From Heptranchias perlo (lineage: Eukaryota), in assembly GCF_035084215.1 (NCBI RefSeq), contig NC_090336.1:53754001-53818000 (forward strand): DNA of 64,000 nucleotides, read 5' to 3'. The stretch's first letter is position 1. The number at the start of each line of letters is the position of its first letter. This document shows positions 36,066-47,780 of this stretch, one piece after another. The position numbers and the translations under genes were made by a program. The notes below the pieces were generated by a model. The model saw only the letters and a list, made by a program, of their open reading frames with translations. It was not told the DNA's origin and made no database searches.

Positions 36066-36712
36066 TGTTAAAAAAAGCACTATACAAGCTTTCTTTATAA
36101 TATTGTAAACCTTGTTAAGGAAAAGCAGTATGTCAGCTTTGCTGTGAACAAAGGCTTTCTGTCTGTCCAAACAAGCTGTTTTTATGACCTTGTGAAATAG
36201 AAGGCCTCCATGGGCACTTAAACATTTGGGCACCATCTGTGTTTATCAGTTAGAAGGGGAGTCATCCCTAGCCTTGTTACAGTTTCCTTGAAGATGGAGT
36301 TCATAGCATCTTGAAGACAACTAATCATTAGGGAGTTATTAGAAGCAAAATGTTGCGTTCTTAAGAGAGAAGACTGATAGCAGCCTCATGGACAGAAGAG
36401 ATGATTGATGGGACTAAATGTCTAAAATCTGTATAAAGTTGGCTGCTTTTCCACACGTTTCTCAGAGTGCTCGCGGGGAAGGTCTGGACTGCTCAAGTAA
36501 TCAAGACCTTTGAAAGTGCACATTGAAGCCTTGGAAAGTGATCAACTTTGTGTCAGGTTGTATCAATGTGACCAGCATCTTTGATTGTACTCTTTGTCTT
36601 TTAACCTCTTCGTTAGTTGTTATAACTTCTTGATAAAGCCATTATACTTTGGAACCAACCACCTTGCGATCTTTTGATTAAGGACTCGAACGGTAAAGGT
36701 ATTTTACTTACA
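36066..36712 (+). repeat. 3' LTR
   Basis: Direct repeat of 21808-22458 with scattered substitutions and small indels; ends CTTACA. Confidence 0.93.
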
Positions 36713-37129
36713 GCCTTCAAAGCCAGTTGTTTTTGATGCAGAACTAACCTTTATGGACCGAGTGTGGGAGGCAGAAGCACCTGAATCTGTTGTCTAAGTG
36801 CCAAAACAAGAGCTGCTCTTAAGTAGATGGATTAAAGTAAATATTTGTATACGTGTTTTGATAAATCTCATTTAAACAAAAGGTTCCATTATACTGTGAG
36901 ATTTATCACATGGAGCAAATGTCTCTAAATTTACATAGTTCTGAACAGAATTTAGTATATTTGCTGCTTGATGTGTGTTAGTTAGTGCATCAGAAAAAAA
37001 ATACCCAATTCCATTCCCCTGCTCTATTACTGTCAGTGCAGGAATATGCTGCTGGGGAGGCAGTCACTCAAAAACAAATGTCTACAACACATACAGTGTC
37101 ATCTACTGTTACCGACCCGCCACTGGCAG

Positions 37130-37410
37130 GATGGTCGCTAACCAGAGGACACAGATTTAAGGTAATTGGCTAAAAAATCCAAAGGAGAGATGAGGAGAAC
37201 ATTTTTACGCAGCAAATTGTTATGGTCTGGAATGCACTGCCTGAAAAGGTGGTGGAAGCAGATTCAATAGTAACTTTCAAAAGGGAATTGGATCTCTACT
37301 TAAAAAGGAAAACAATTGCAGGGCTATGGGGAAAGAGCAGGGGAGTGGGACTCGTTGGTAGCTCTTTCAGAGAGCCAAATGGCCTCCTCTGTGCTGTATG
37401 ATTCTATGAT
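37130..37410 (+). mobile_element. CR1 LINE 3' end
   Basis: [23 protein letters not shown] tail. Confidence 0.8.
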
Positions 37411-37723
37411 CAGATATCATTGTCAGTGTACGGGCCTTCGGCAGTCGCATAAATTAGATCTTGTTAGAGGTTATACAGCCATGGTGCTACTCTACTCCCA
37501 TCTGCAACAAACAAACTTTGCCTATACATGTGGCAAACTGCTCAGCGTTGATAGTTGAGTTGAGCCCTTCCGCTAACAAAGGATTGCATAGCCATTAACC
37601 TGACACGATCCTGTGCGAAACGTTGGCACTATGAGAAAATATAATCCAGTAAGAGTAGAGGGGGAAAAAAGAGAGACATTCTGGTAATGTCCACAAACAA
37701 GATGCAAAATGTTAATCACATAC

Positions 37724-37926
37724 TTAGGGAAGTTTATAGACTTGTTTGTAAACACATCCCACATTAGAAACATCCAAACACGAGTGAGATTAATCATCCT
37801 GATACCACAATTTCTGGATTGGAGAAACAAATATTCTAGGTCAGTACAGAAGTAATTGAACAAGCTCAGTATTTTGGGTATTTGGATGTTTATATTCCAC
37901 ACCACAGCAGCAATGATGCTCGCACT
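37724..37926 (-). other. Candidate 5'-UTR exon of the PRDM-like gene
   Basis: Acceptor ttcttatttcag and donor gtatgt in unique sequence; no other support. Confidence 0.25.
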
Positions 37927-38856
37927 CTGAAATAAGAATTAATAGTTTTCCCAATTGGGAATTCAGGAGATATAAAACAAAAGCAATTTACATGTTTGTT
38001 AAGTTAGGCTGGTATCTGGGAGAACAGATTTACTGTGTGTAACGCTGTAGATTCAAACACAGTTTGAGATCTTAGTTTTTGACATCTGTAATACAAATGA
38101 CAGTGGGAATTATAATTGCATAAATAAATGCCAATTTCTATTATTACATCTGCCAATGTTCTGGCTACAATTTAGTTAAATGACCTAAACATTCTTTGTT
38201 CACAGACCTCATTTTTTTAAAAAACATTATTCAAAGGATTTTTAATGTGGTACTAAGAAATAACAATACTGATCTTTTGTTAAGTTTGCAGAGTAAATAT
38301 TAGATACCTGTAATTACTTATACAATCATAACCCCAATGAAATTGATGAAACATTAAAACATCTTTTTGTTTGGTATTATTCTGGTATAACTTCTGTTAC
38401 TTCCACTGACCCGCCCCGCACACAAACCTCAAATCTCACTATGTAGGACACACATTTATAATATGCTGTATGTTTCACTAAACATTCTCGACAGTGTGAA
38501 GATTTTTCAGGATGCTTACGTGCACTTCAATATACAATGGTAGTGAATTTGACACAGAAAGCTCAAAAATGTTTCAAGCTTCTTACATTTATTTTCAAGC
38601 CAGTCTATTTACCATCTTGCAAATGTTTCAAAGGACGTTTTAAAAAAATTAAGCTGTCACCATACGAGTTGTTTCTCACCGCAATGGCAAATCGTGAAAA
38701 ATTCAAATATTACCAGAGTGACATGAAATATATGGCAAAAGGATAATAGGTCAGACATTTATCAAAAATTATGGAGCTCTGCTTATTTTGCCAGTATCCT
38801 ACAACAAAAATTAATGCATTTAAATGCAACTTCAAAGGCCTGAAGTGAAAGAGGAT

Positions 38857-39270
38857 TTGCATTCATGCAGCACCACATCATGCCATCAGGACGTCCCAAA
38901 GCACTTCACATCGAATGAACTACTTTTGAATCGTCACTGCTGTTAGATAAATATGGCAGCCAACTTGCAGCAAATTTCACAAAGATGAATGACCAATTTG
39001 ATCTGTTTTTGGTGGTTTTGGTTGAAGGAGGAATATTGACGAGATCAGTGAGAAAACTCCCTGCCCTTCTTCAAATAGTGCCATGGGATCTTTTACATCC
39101 AAGTAAACAGCCAGACAGGGTCTCAATTTAACATCTCATCTGAAAGATGACAACACATCTCTGCCTTGGTACTGTACTATAGTATCAGCCCACACTACAT
39201 GCTCAGGTTCTGGAGTAGGGCTTGAACCCAGATTGAGAGACAAGAGTGCTACCAACTAAGCCAAGCTGAT
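38857..39270 (-). mobile_element. Deu-type SINE, older copy
   Basis: Colinear with 6500-6955 (GGACGTCCCAA, GCCATGGGATCTTTTAC, GAGTGCTACCAACT). Confidence 0.7.
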
Positions 39271-40279
39271 AACCAAAATCATAAAAAATGAAGACCTCTT
39301 TTTCTAGACAAAATGGTAGCTTTGATCCTTACTGGGAAGGTGCACATGTGGATACCATGAGGACAGGGTCAGGTTGGGCTAAGATGTCCAACACCATCAA
39401 AAAAATTACAGAATGCTCTCCTCCAAAAGGCTGCGGCTGCTGGGACAGTTGGAGCTTTCAAAACTGAGACTGATAGATTTTTGTTAGGGAAGGGTTTCAA
39501 GGGATATGAAGCAAAGGCAGGTAAACGGGGTTGAGGTGCAGATCAACCACAATCTAATTGAATGGTGGAGCAGGCTGGAGTAGGGTTGCCAACCGTCCAG
39601 GATTGTCCTGGAGTCTTCAGGAATTAACGTTTAATCTCCAGGACACTGTTGCAAGAAAAAAATCACAGCCGCATGAAAAAAACTGTTTTTTTTTTCCATT
39701 GTCTTTGAACACTTTCATTTATTAGTTTTAAAAATATTGGAGATGGAACAAAGTGTGAACTGCTGAGAGTTTGGTAAGTGTGGGAGTTTAAGGGTTAATC
39801 TCTTTAAAATCTAGTGTATATTGCTTTCAACTGTTGAAGTTCAATTTTAAAGTTTAAATTTTTAAGTTTCTGTCAGGCTTCAGCAGAGAGAGCTGCTGTA
39901 GTAAGTTAATTAGTTAGCTAGATTAAACTGGTACCTGAAGGTGGGGCAGGCCTGACTCATCTGAGTCACAAACTGTAGAAATACAGGGGCCTGTCAGTGA
40001 AACAGCACGGTGTGCGGACAACACAGTGTGAACTGTTGAGAGTTTGGTAAGTGTGGGAGTTGGAGGAAGGAGGTGCTGCTTTGCCTTGCTTTTCCTAACT
40101 TTTTCCACAGAGCGGCAGTGGACCTGAGCGTAGAAGACTGAGATTGGGGAATAAAAGCAGCAGCAGACCTGCAACAAGAGAAAACTACTGTGTGATGTCA
40201 CAGGTGAGTCCGAGAGGGGAGCACAGTATAAAAGGAGAGACCTCGAGCGGGAGGAGAGTCTGAGAGTCTCAGGCAAGTC

Positions 40280-41200
40280 ATGGCAGCACAGCTCGCACCC
40301 ATGATATGCTCCTCCTGCACTATGTGGGAAGTCATGGACATTACCAGTGTCCCTGGCGACCATGTGTGCAGGAAGTGTGTCCAGCTGCAGCTACTGGCTA
40401 ACCGTATTTCGGAGCTGGAGCTGCGGGTGGATTCGCTGTGGAGCATCCGCGATGCTGAGACTATCGTGGATAGCACGTTCAGTGAGGTGGTCACACCGCA
40501 GGTAAAGATTACGCAGGCAGAAAGGAAACGGGTGACCGCCAGGCAGACTAAAAGGACTAGGCAGGTAGAGCAGGAGTCCCCTGGGGCCATCTCCCTCTCA
40601 AACAGATATTCTGCTTCAGATACTGTTGGGGGAGATGGCTTATCAGGGGAAAGCAGCAAGAGCCAAGTGCGGGGCTCCACAGGTGGCTCTGCTGCACAGG
40701 AGGGAAGGAAGAGGAGTGGCAGGGCTACAGTGATAGGGGATTCAATTGTAAGGGGAACAGATAGGCGTTTCTGCGGCAGCAAACGTGACTCCAGGATTGT
40801 ATGTTGCCTCCCTGGTGCTCGGGTCAAGGATGTCACGGAGCGGCTGCAGGGCATTCTGGAGTGGGAGGGTGAACAGCCAGTAGTCGTGGTCCATATTGGT
40901 ACCAACGACATAGGTAAACAAAAGGGATGAGGTCCTGCAAGGTGAATTTAAGGAGTTAAGAGATAAATTAAAAAGCAGGATTACTACCAGTGCCACGTGC
41001 TAGTGAGTATAGGAACAGGAGAAAAGACAGGACGAATGCGTGATTGCAGGGATGGAGTAGGAGGGTGGGATTTAGATTCCTGGGACATTGGGACCGGTTC
41101 TGGGGAAGGTGGGACCTGTACAAGCGTGACGGGTTACACCCGAGCAGAACCGGGACCAATGTCCTCGCGGGGATGTTTGCTAGTGCTGTTGGGGAAGCTT
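40280..41200 (+). pseudogene. CR1 ORF1 (zinc finger/leucine zipper + SGNH esterase), frameshifted
   Basis: CSSC..CRKC, then VIGDSIVRG, CCLPGARV, VHIGTND. Confidence 0.9.
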
Positions 41201-42332
41201 TAAACTAGAGTGACAGGGGGATGGGAACCTGAGCGGGGAGTCAGAAGGGAGTAAAGTTGAGAGCAGCAAGAAAGGGGAAGACCCAGAGGAAATCTACAAT
41301 ACAAATAGTACAAACAGTTGTTCAAGAACAAGTGAAAGGAAAAGCGTAGAGCAGCGGAAAGAAAGTGTACTTTAGGCACGACAGATAAAATAAAAACTAG
41401 AAGGCGTAAGGCGATTAACCCAGCATCAAAGCTGAAAGTCAGGCTAGGGTGCGTGGCCCCAACTAAGAGTTCTATATACAAATGCATGGAGTAGAAGGAA
41501 TAAATTAAATTAACTACAGGTTCAAATTCAAATTGGAGGGTATGACATGACAGCTATTACTGAGACTTGGCTGCAGGATGGTCAGGATTGGGAACTAATT
41601 ATACCGGGTTATAAGGTCGACAGGAGAGATAGGGAAAATGGAAGAGGGGGAGGAGTAGCCTTAATGATTAGAGATGAAATCACTTAAATGATAAAGGGGG
41701 ATATAATGAGAGGTAAGCAGCCAACAGAGACCTTGTGGGTTGAATTGAGAAATAGGAAAGGATCTAAGACTATAGTGGGAGTTGTATATAGGAGCCCTGG
41801 CAGCAGCTCTGAAGTGCTAGATTGTATAAATGCAGAGATTAGACAGGCGTGTAAGAAAGGCATAGTGGTCTTAATGGGGGACTTTAACATTCACATCGAT
41901 TGGGAAAAGCAGACGAGCAACTGTCAGAAAGGTAGTGAATTTCTTGAGTGTGTCCGGGATAGTTTTCTGCAGCAGTATGTCCTAGAGGCAACAAGGGGGC
42001 AAGCCATACTAGATTTAGTAATGAGTAATGAACCAGATTTAGTTAACGGCTTAACTGTGCGTGAACATCTATCCAATAGTGATCATAACATGATCGAGTT
42101 CAATGTAGTGTTTGAAAGGGAAAAAAGTGAATCAGCTGCTAAGATTCTAGACTTGGGTAAGGCCGACTTCAATGGGATGAGACAGAGACTGTCCACAGTA
42201 AACTGGGCAAATCTGTTAATGGGTAAAACGACTGATGATCAGTGGGAAATGTTTAAAGAAACATTTAATGTGATACAGAATCCGTTTATACCCGAGGGGC
42301 AAGAACTCTACTTGCCAAAAAAAAACAGCCAC

Positions 42333-43453
42333 GGACAGCCATGGAATCCAGGGTGCCTTGGCACTTTGGATACAAAACTGGCTTAGTGGCAGAAGGCAGA
42401 GGGTGATGGTCGAAGGTTGTTTTTGTGACTGGAAGCCTGTGGCCAGTGGGGTACCACAGGGATCGGTGCTGGGTCCCTTGCTGTTTGTGGTCTACATTAA
42501 CGACTTGGATATGAATGTAAAAGGTATGATCAGTAAGTTCGCTGATGATACAAAAATTGGTAGGGTGGTAAATAGAGAGGAGGATAGCCTCAGTCTGCAG
42601 GACGATATAGATGGGTTGGTCAGATGGGCGGAACAGAGGCAAATAGAATTTAACCCGGAAAAGTGCGAGGTGATGCACTTTGGAGGGACTAACAAGGCAA
42701 GGGAATACACAATGAATGGGAGGACCCTAGGCAAGACAGAGGGTCAGAGGGATCTTGGTGTGCAAGTTCACAGATCCCTGAAGGCGGCGGAACAGGTAGA
42801 TAAGGTGGTAAAGAAGGCATATGGGATACTTGCCTTTATTAGCCGAGGCATAGAATATAAGAGCAAGGAGGTTATGATGGAGCTGTATAAAACACTGGTT
42901 AGGCCACAGCTGGAGTACTGTGTGCAGTTCTGGTCGCCACACTACAGGAAGGATGTGATCGCTTTGGAGAGGGTGCAGAGGAGATTCACCAGGATGTTAC
43001 CAGGGCTGGAGCGCTTCAGCTATGAAGAGAGACTGGGTAAAATTGGGTTTGTTTTCCTTGGAGCAGAGGAGGCTGAGGGGGGACATGATTGAGGTGTACA
43101 AAATTATGAGGGGCACAGATAGGATGGATACTAAGGAGCTTTTTCCCTTCGTTGAGGGTTCTATAACAAGGGGGCATAGATTCAAGGTAAAAGGCGGGAG
43201 GTTTAGAGGGGATTTGAGAAAGAACTTTTTCACCCAGAGGGTGGTTGGAGTCTGGAACTCACTGCCTGAAAGGGTTGTGGAGGCAGGAACCCTCACAACA
43301 TTCAAGAAGCATTTGGATGAGCACTTGAAATGCCATAGCATACAAGGCTACGGACTAAATGCTGGAATATGGGATTAGATTAGACAGGGCTTGATGGCCG
43401 GCGCGGACACGATGGGCCGAAGGGCCTCTATCCGTGCTGTATAACTCTATGAC
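42333..43453 (+). mobile_element. Second CR1 subfamily nested in ORF2 of the full-length CR1
   Basis: RT 3' half with its own tail (ATAACTCTATGAC) interrupts the host PW|LTKEV motif. Confidence 0.9.
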
Positions 43454-45599
43454 GCTAACTAAAGAGGTAAGCGACAATATAAAACATAAGGAAAGGGCAT
43501 ACAAAAAGGCAAAAAATGGCACAGATCCTGGCGAATGGGAAAGATACAAAGATCAACAAAGGGTCACAAAACAGATAGTAAGGGCTACAAAAAGAGAGTA
43601 TGAAAAGAAAGTCGCAAGGGATATCAAAACCAATACAAAGAACTTTTATAGTTATATTAGGAAAAAGAGGGTGGTCAGGAGCAGTGTTGGCTCCTTAAAA
43701 ACTGAAAGTGGGGATATTGTCATTGACAATGGGGAAATGGCAGACATGTTGAACAATTACTTTGCATCAGTATTTACAGTCGAAAAAGAGGATAGCATGC
43801 CGGAAATCCCAAGAAAACTTCTACTGAATTGGGGACAGCGACTCGATAAAATTAACATAGGTAAAGCAACAGTAATGAAGAAAATAATAGCACTAAAGAG
43901 TGACAAATTCCCAGGACCAGATGGTTTCCATCCCAGTGTTTTAAAGGAAGTAGGTGAGCACATTGTGGATGCCCTAACTATAATCTTTCAAAGTTCTCTA
44001 GATTCAGGAACTGTCCTTCTAGATTCGAAAATTGCATGTCACTCCGCTTTTTAAGAAAGGAGAGGGAAACCGGGGAATTATAGACCAGTTAGCCGAACAT
44101 CTGTTGTGGGGAAAATGCTGGAGTCTATAATTAAGGATAGGGTGACTGAACACCACGAGAATTTTCAGTTAATCAGAGAGAGCCAGCATGGATTTGTGAA
44201 AGGTAGGTCGTGCCTGACAAACCTGATTGAATTTTTTGAAGAGGTGTAAAGTAGTGGACAGGGGAATGCCAATGGATGTTATTTATATGGACTTCCAGAA
44301 GGCATTTGATAAGGTCCCACATAAGAGACTGTTAGCTAAGATAGAAGCCCATGGAATCGAGGGAAAAGTATGGACTTGGTTAGGAAGTTGGCTGAGCGAA
44401 AGGCGACAGAGAGTAGGGATAATGGGAAGGTACTCACATTGGCAGGATGTGACTAGTGGAATCCCACAGGGATCTGTCTTGGGGCCTCAATTATTCACAA
44501 TATTTATTAACGACTCAGATGAAGGCATAGAAAGTCTCATATCTAAGTTTGCCGATGACACAAAGATTGATGGCATTGTAGATGAAAACATAAAATTACA
44601 AAGCGATATTGATCGATTAGGTGAATGGGCAAAACTGTGGCAAATGGAATTCAATATAGACAAATGTGAGGTCATCCACTTTGGATCAAAAAAAGGATAG
44701 AACAGGGTACTTTCTAAATGGTAAAAAGTTAAAAACAGTGGATGTCCAAAGAGACTTAGGGGTTCAGGTACATAGATCATTGAAGTGTCATGAACAGGTG
44801 CACAAAATAATCAAGAAGGCTAATGGAATGATGGCCTTTATATCTGGAGGACTAGAGTACAAGGGGGCAGACGTTATGCTGTAGCTATACAAAACCCTGG
44901 TTAGACCGCACGTGGAGTACTGTGAGCAGTTCTGGGCACTGCACCTTCGGAAGGACATATTGGCCTTGGAGGGAGTGCAGCGTAGGTGCACTAGAATGAT
45001 ACCCGGACTTAAAGGGTTAAGTTACGAGGAGAGATTACACAAATTGGGGTTGTATTCTCTAGAGTTTAGAAGGTTAAGAGGTGATCTGATTGAAGTTCAT
45101 CAGATATTAAGGGGAACAGATAGGGTGGATAGAGAAACTATTTCCACTGGTTGGGGATTCTAGGAGTAGGGGGCACAGTCTAAAAATTAGAGCCAGACCT
45201 TTCAGGAGTGAGATTAGAAAACATTTCTACACACAATGGGTGGTCGAAGTTTGGAACTCTCTTCCGCAAACGGCAATTGATACTAGCTCAATTGCTAAAT
45301 TTAAATGTGAGATAGATAGCTTTTTGGCAACCAAAGGTATTAAGGGATATGGGCCAAAGGCAGGTATATGGAGTTAGATCACAGATCAGCCATGATCTTA
45401 TCAAATGGCGGAGCAGGCACGAGGGGCTAAATGGCCTACTCCTGTTCCTATGTTCCTGAAGGCTTTTAGACCAGGCAGGGCAGTTGGAGGTAGGATGCAA
45501 TGAAACCTCCAAGAATACATCCAACCAGAGTTAGCAACCCTAGGTTGAGGTGCAGATCAGCCACTGAATTGCAGAGCAGGCTGAATGGCCTTCTGCTGT

Positions 45600-46260
45600 C
45601 CCATTCAATGAGATCATGGTTGATCTGTATCCTAACTGCATTTACTTGCCTTGGTTCTGTATCCCTTAATACCCTTGGCTAGCAAAAATCTATCAATTTC
45701 AGATTTAAAGATATCAATTGAGCTAGCAACTACTGCTTTTTGTGGTAGAGCACCACACTTCTATCACCCTTTGTGCAAAGTCCTAACTTCCTTCCTAAAT
45801 GGCCTGGCTCTGATTTTAAGATTTTGTCCCACTTATCCTGGACTTCCCTCACGAGCAGAAAAAGCTTCTCTTCACCTATCCTATCAATTCCTTTCAAAAT
45901 CCTAAACACCTCAAATCATCCCTTCGTCCTCAACATTCCAGGGAATACAAGCCTAGTGTTTGTAATCTCGCCTCACAATTTAACCCTTGGAGCCCTGGTA
46001 ACATTGTGGTGAATACGCACTGCACACCTTCCAAGGCCAACATATCCTCTCAGGTCTCAGTGCCCTGAACTGAACACAGTACTCCAGATGTGGTCTGACC
46101 AGGGCTTTGCACAGCTGTAGCAAAACATCCCCCCCCCCCCCCCTCCCTTTTATAGTCTAGCCCTCTGGATATAAAAGGTTAACCTTCCATTAGCCTTTTT
46201 GAATTTTTTTTTTGTACCTGACCACTACATTTCAGTGAACCTGCAGCCTTTGCTTTTCGG
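45600..46260 (-). mobile_element. Decayed CR1 3' fragment
   Basis: Minus-strand ALVRPHLEYCVQF and CR1 tail features. Confidence 0.75.
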
Positions 46261-46479
46261 ATCTCTGAAATCTCCACCGTTGCGATGGTCCTGCAGCCTC
46301 CACAGCCCTGCTCCCCTGCCCCGAGGTCCCTCAATAACTCCTCCATCAACCAGGCTCACGCTGACTGTGGGCAACCAAGTGGTGCCAGGGAGATCAGTCA
46401 GAGCTCGACACACAAGGCCGCCACCATCCCACCACCCTTTCCTTTCCTTTACCCCGACCTTGGGAAGGGATCCAAGCCC

Positions 46480-46860
46480 CACCCTCCTCAGCCCCGCTCT
46501 CAAACACCGTGCGGGCCCAGCGCGCTATACGTCACCTCCCTCCATTGATCAACCGCCTTCGTCACGTGCGCCGCTCCGTCCGTCCGCCCGCCGCCGCGCG
46601 GGGTGAGGGAAGCGACGACGTCACTGCCAGTCGAACCCTTTCGCGTGGCGTGGCGTGACGTGACTCACGTGAGGCCCGCATGCGCGCGCTGGGAGAGCAG
46701 GACGAGAAGGGGAGGAGGAGGAGGGGGGGGGGGGGGGGGGAGGAAAAGAGCGACGCCCCAGATTGCGAGCACCGCGCAGGCGCGGATTCCCCATGCGCCG
46801 CCACCCCCTTCCCCCCCTCCTCCGCACGTGGCGGCCGGCAGCGTGCGCGCGGATCTGGAG
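46480..46860 (-). promoter_or_regulatory. CpG island; probable promoter and first exon of the PRDM-like gene
   Basis: Only CpG-dense non-repeat segment; E-box, CRE-like and NRF1-like motifs; minus-strand donor GAG|gtgacg at 46536/46535. Confidence 0.75.
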
Positions 46861-46944
46861 CAGAATTGGGTTTTTTTTTCAGGTAGTTTCAAGGCTCCTT
46901 CAACTCAGCTTGTGCAGCTGCCGAAAACAAATATTGTTTTCGAA

Positions 46945-47075
46945 AGCAAAATGCTGCGGATGCTGGAAATTCCAAATAAAAACCAGAAAATGCTGGAAAC
47001 ACTCAGCAAGTCAGGCGGCATCTGTGCAGAGAGAAACAGAGTTAATGTTTCAGGTCGATGACCCTTGGTCAGAAC
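46945..47075 (-). mobile_element. Penelope-type terminal remnant with decayed hammerhead motif
   Basis: Minus strand CTGACCAAGGGTCATCGACCTGAAACATTA followed by CAGATGCCGCCTGACTTGCTGAG. Confidence 0.5.
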
Positions 47076-47469
47076 AAATATTGTTTTGACTGGTTTGCAC
47101 CTCGTGCAGGCTGGAGAAAAGTTGGACGCAACCAGAGCCTCACACCCACCTCTGCCCCACCACTTTTCTGCTATCAGGTGCATCAGGCAGACCGAACATG
47201 ATCACCTTAATGTGGCCGCTTCTGCCACTCAAATCTTAACACAGACGCGAACCTCCCCACCCCAGCCTTCCCAACAACCTCTGCTGCCCTTGACTTCTCC
47301 CTGTTGCTCCTGTCCTTGCTCTTAATTGTTTTAGTAGGTTGCTTATCCCATAGTGTTATTGCCGTATATAAATAATTTACAAAGCTTAGATGATACTGTC
47401 ACCTTACTCTGAGACCAAGTTACTTTAAATAAACCGATCTTTTCCATTCTTAGCCAATACTGAGTTGTG

Positions 47470-47780
47470 GGAGATGCTGTCTTTCACATGAGATGTTAAA
47501 TTAGGACTGGTCTAACCTCAGGTGCATGTAAACAATCCCGAGGCACTATTTAAAGGAGAGCAGGGGTGTTGTCCTGGCCAATATTTATCCCAAATACAAC
47601 ACTACCAAAATAGATTAACAAGTGATTCATCTCACTGCTGTTTGTGGAATCTTACAGTGTGAATATTGGCTGCTAATTTGTCTACAAAACAACATTAATT
47701 GCATCTCAAATCTAATTAATTGGCTGTAAAGCAAATTAGAGCATCCTGAAGATGTAAAAGGTGCGATATAAATGCAAGTA
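47470..47780 (+). mobile_element. Deu-type SINE, 5'-truncated
   Basis: GCTGTCTTTCACATGAGATGTTAAA..GGCCAATATTTATCCC..TATAAATGCAAG. Confidence 0.7.

Larger units (their letters stand above)
21808..36712 (+). mobile_element. Decayed env-bearing LTR retroelement / endogenous retrovirus-like provirus
   Basis: Two ~650-bp TG..CA LTRs, PBS-like and PPT sites, flanks ACCTT/GCCTT (5-bp TSD, 1 mismatch), gag, integrase and env remnants in order. Confidence 0.9.
39745..45458 (+). mobile_element. Near full-length CR1 LINE (5' UTR, ORF1, ORF2), inactivated
   Basis: Repeated 5'-UTR block GTGTGAACTGYTGAGAGTTTGGTAAGTGTGGGAGTT; ORF1; APE (ITETWL, GDFN, SDHN); RT; ATGTTCCT tail; several frameshifts. Confidence 0.95.
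39581..45542. mobile_element. Non-autonomous DNA transposon split by a full-length CR1
   Basis: TAGGGTTGCCAAC at 39581 and GTTAGCAACCCTA ending 45542 are inverted termini. Confidence 0.6.

Noticed and set aside
46199-47325. Many overlapping Pro/Gly/Arg-rich ORFs
   Set aside because: Expected in a GC-rich CpG island with homopolymer runs; no domain recognised.
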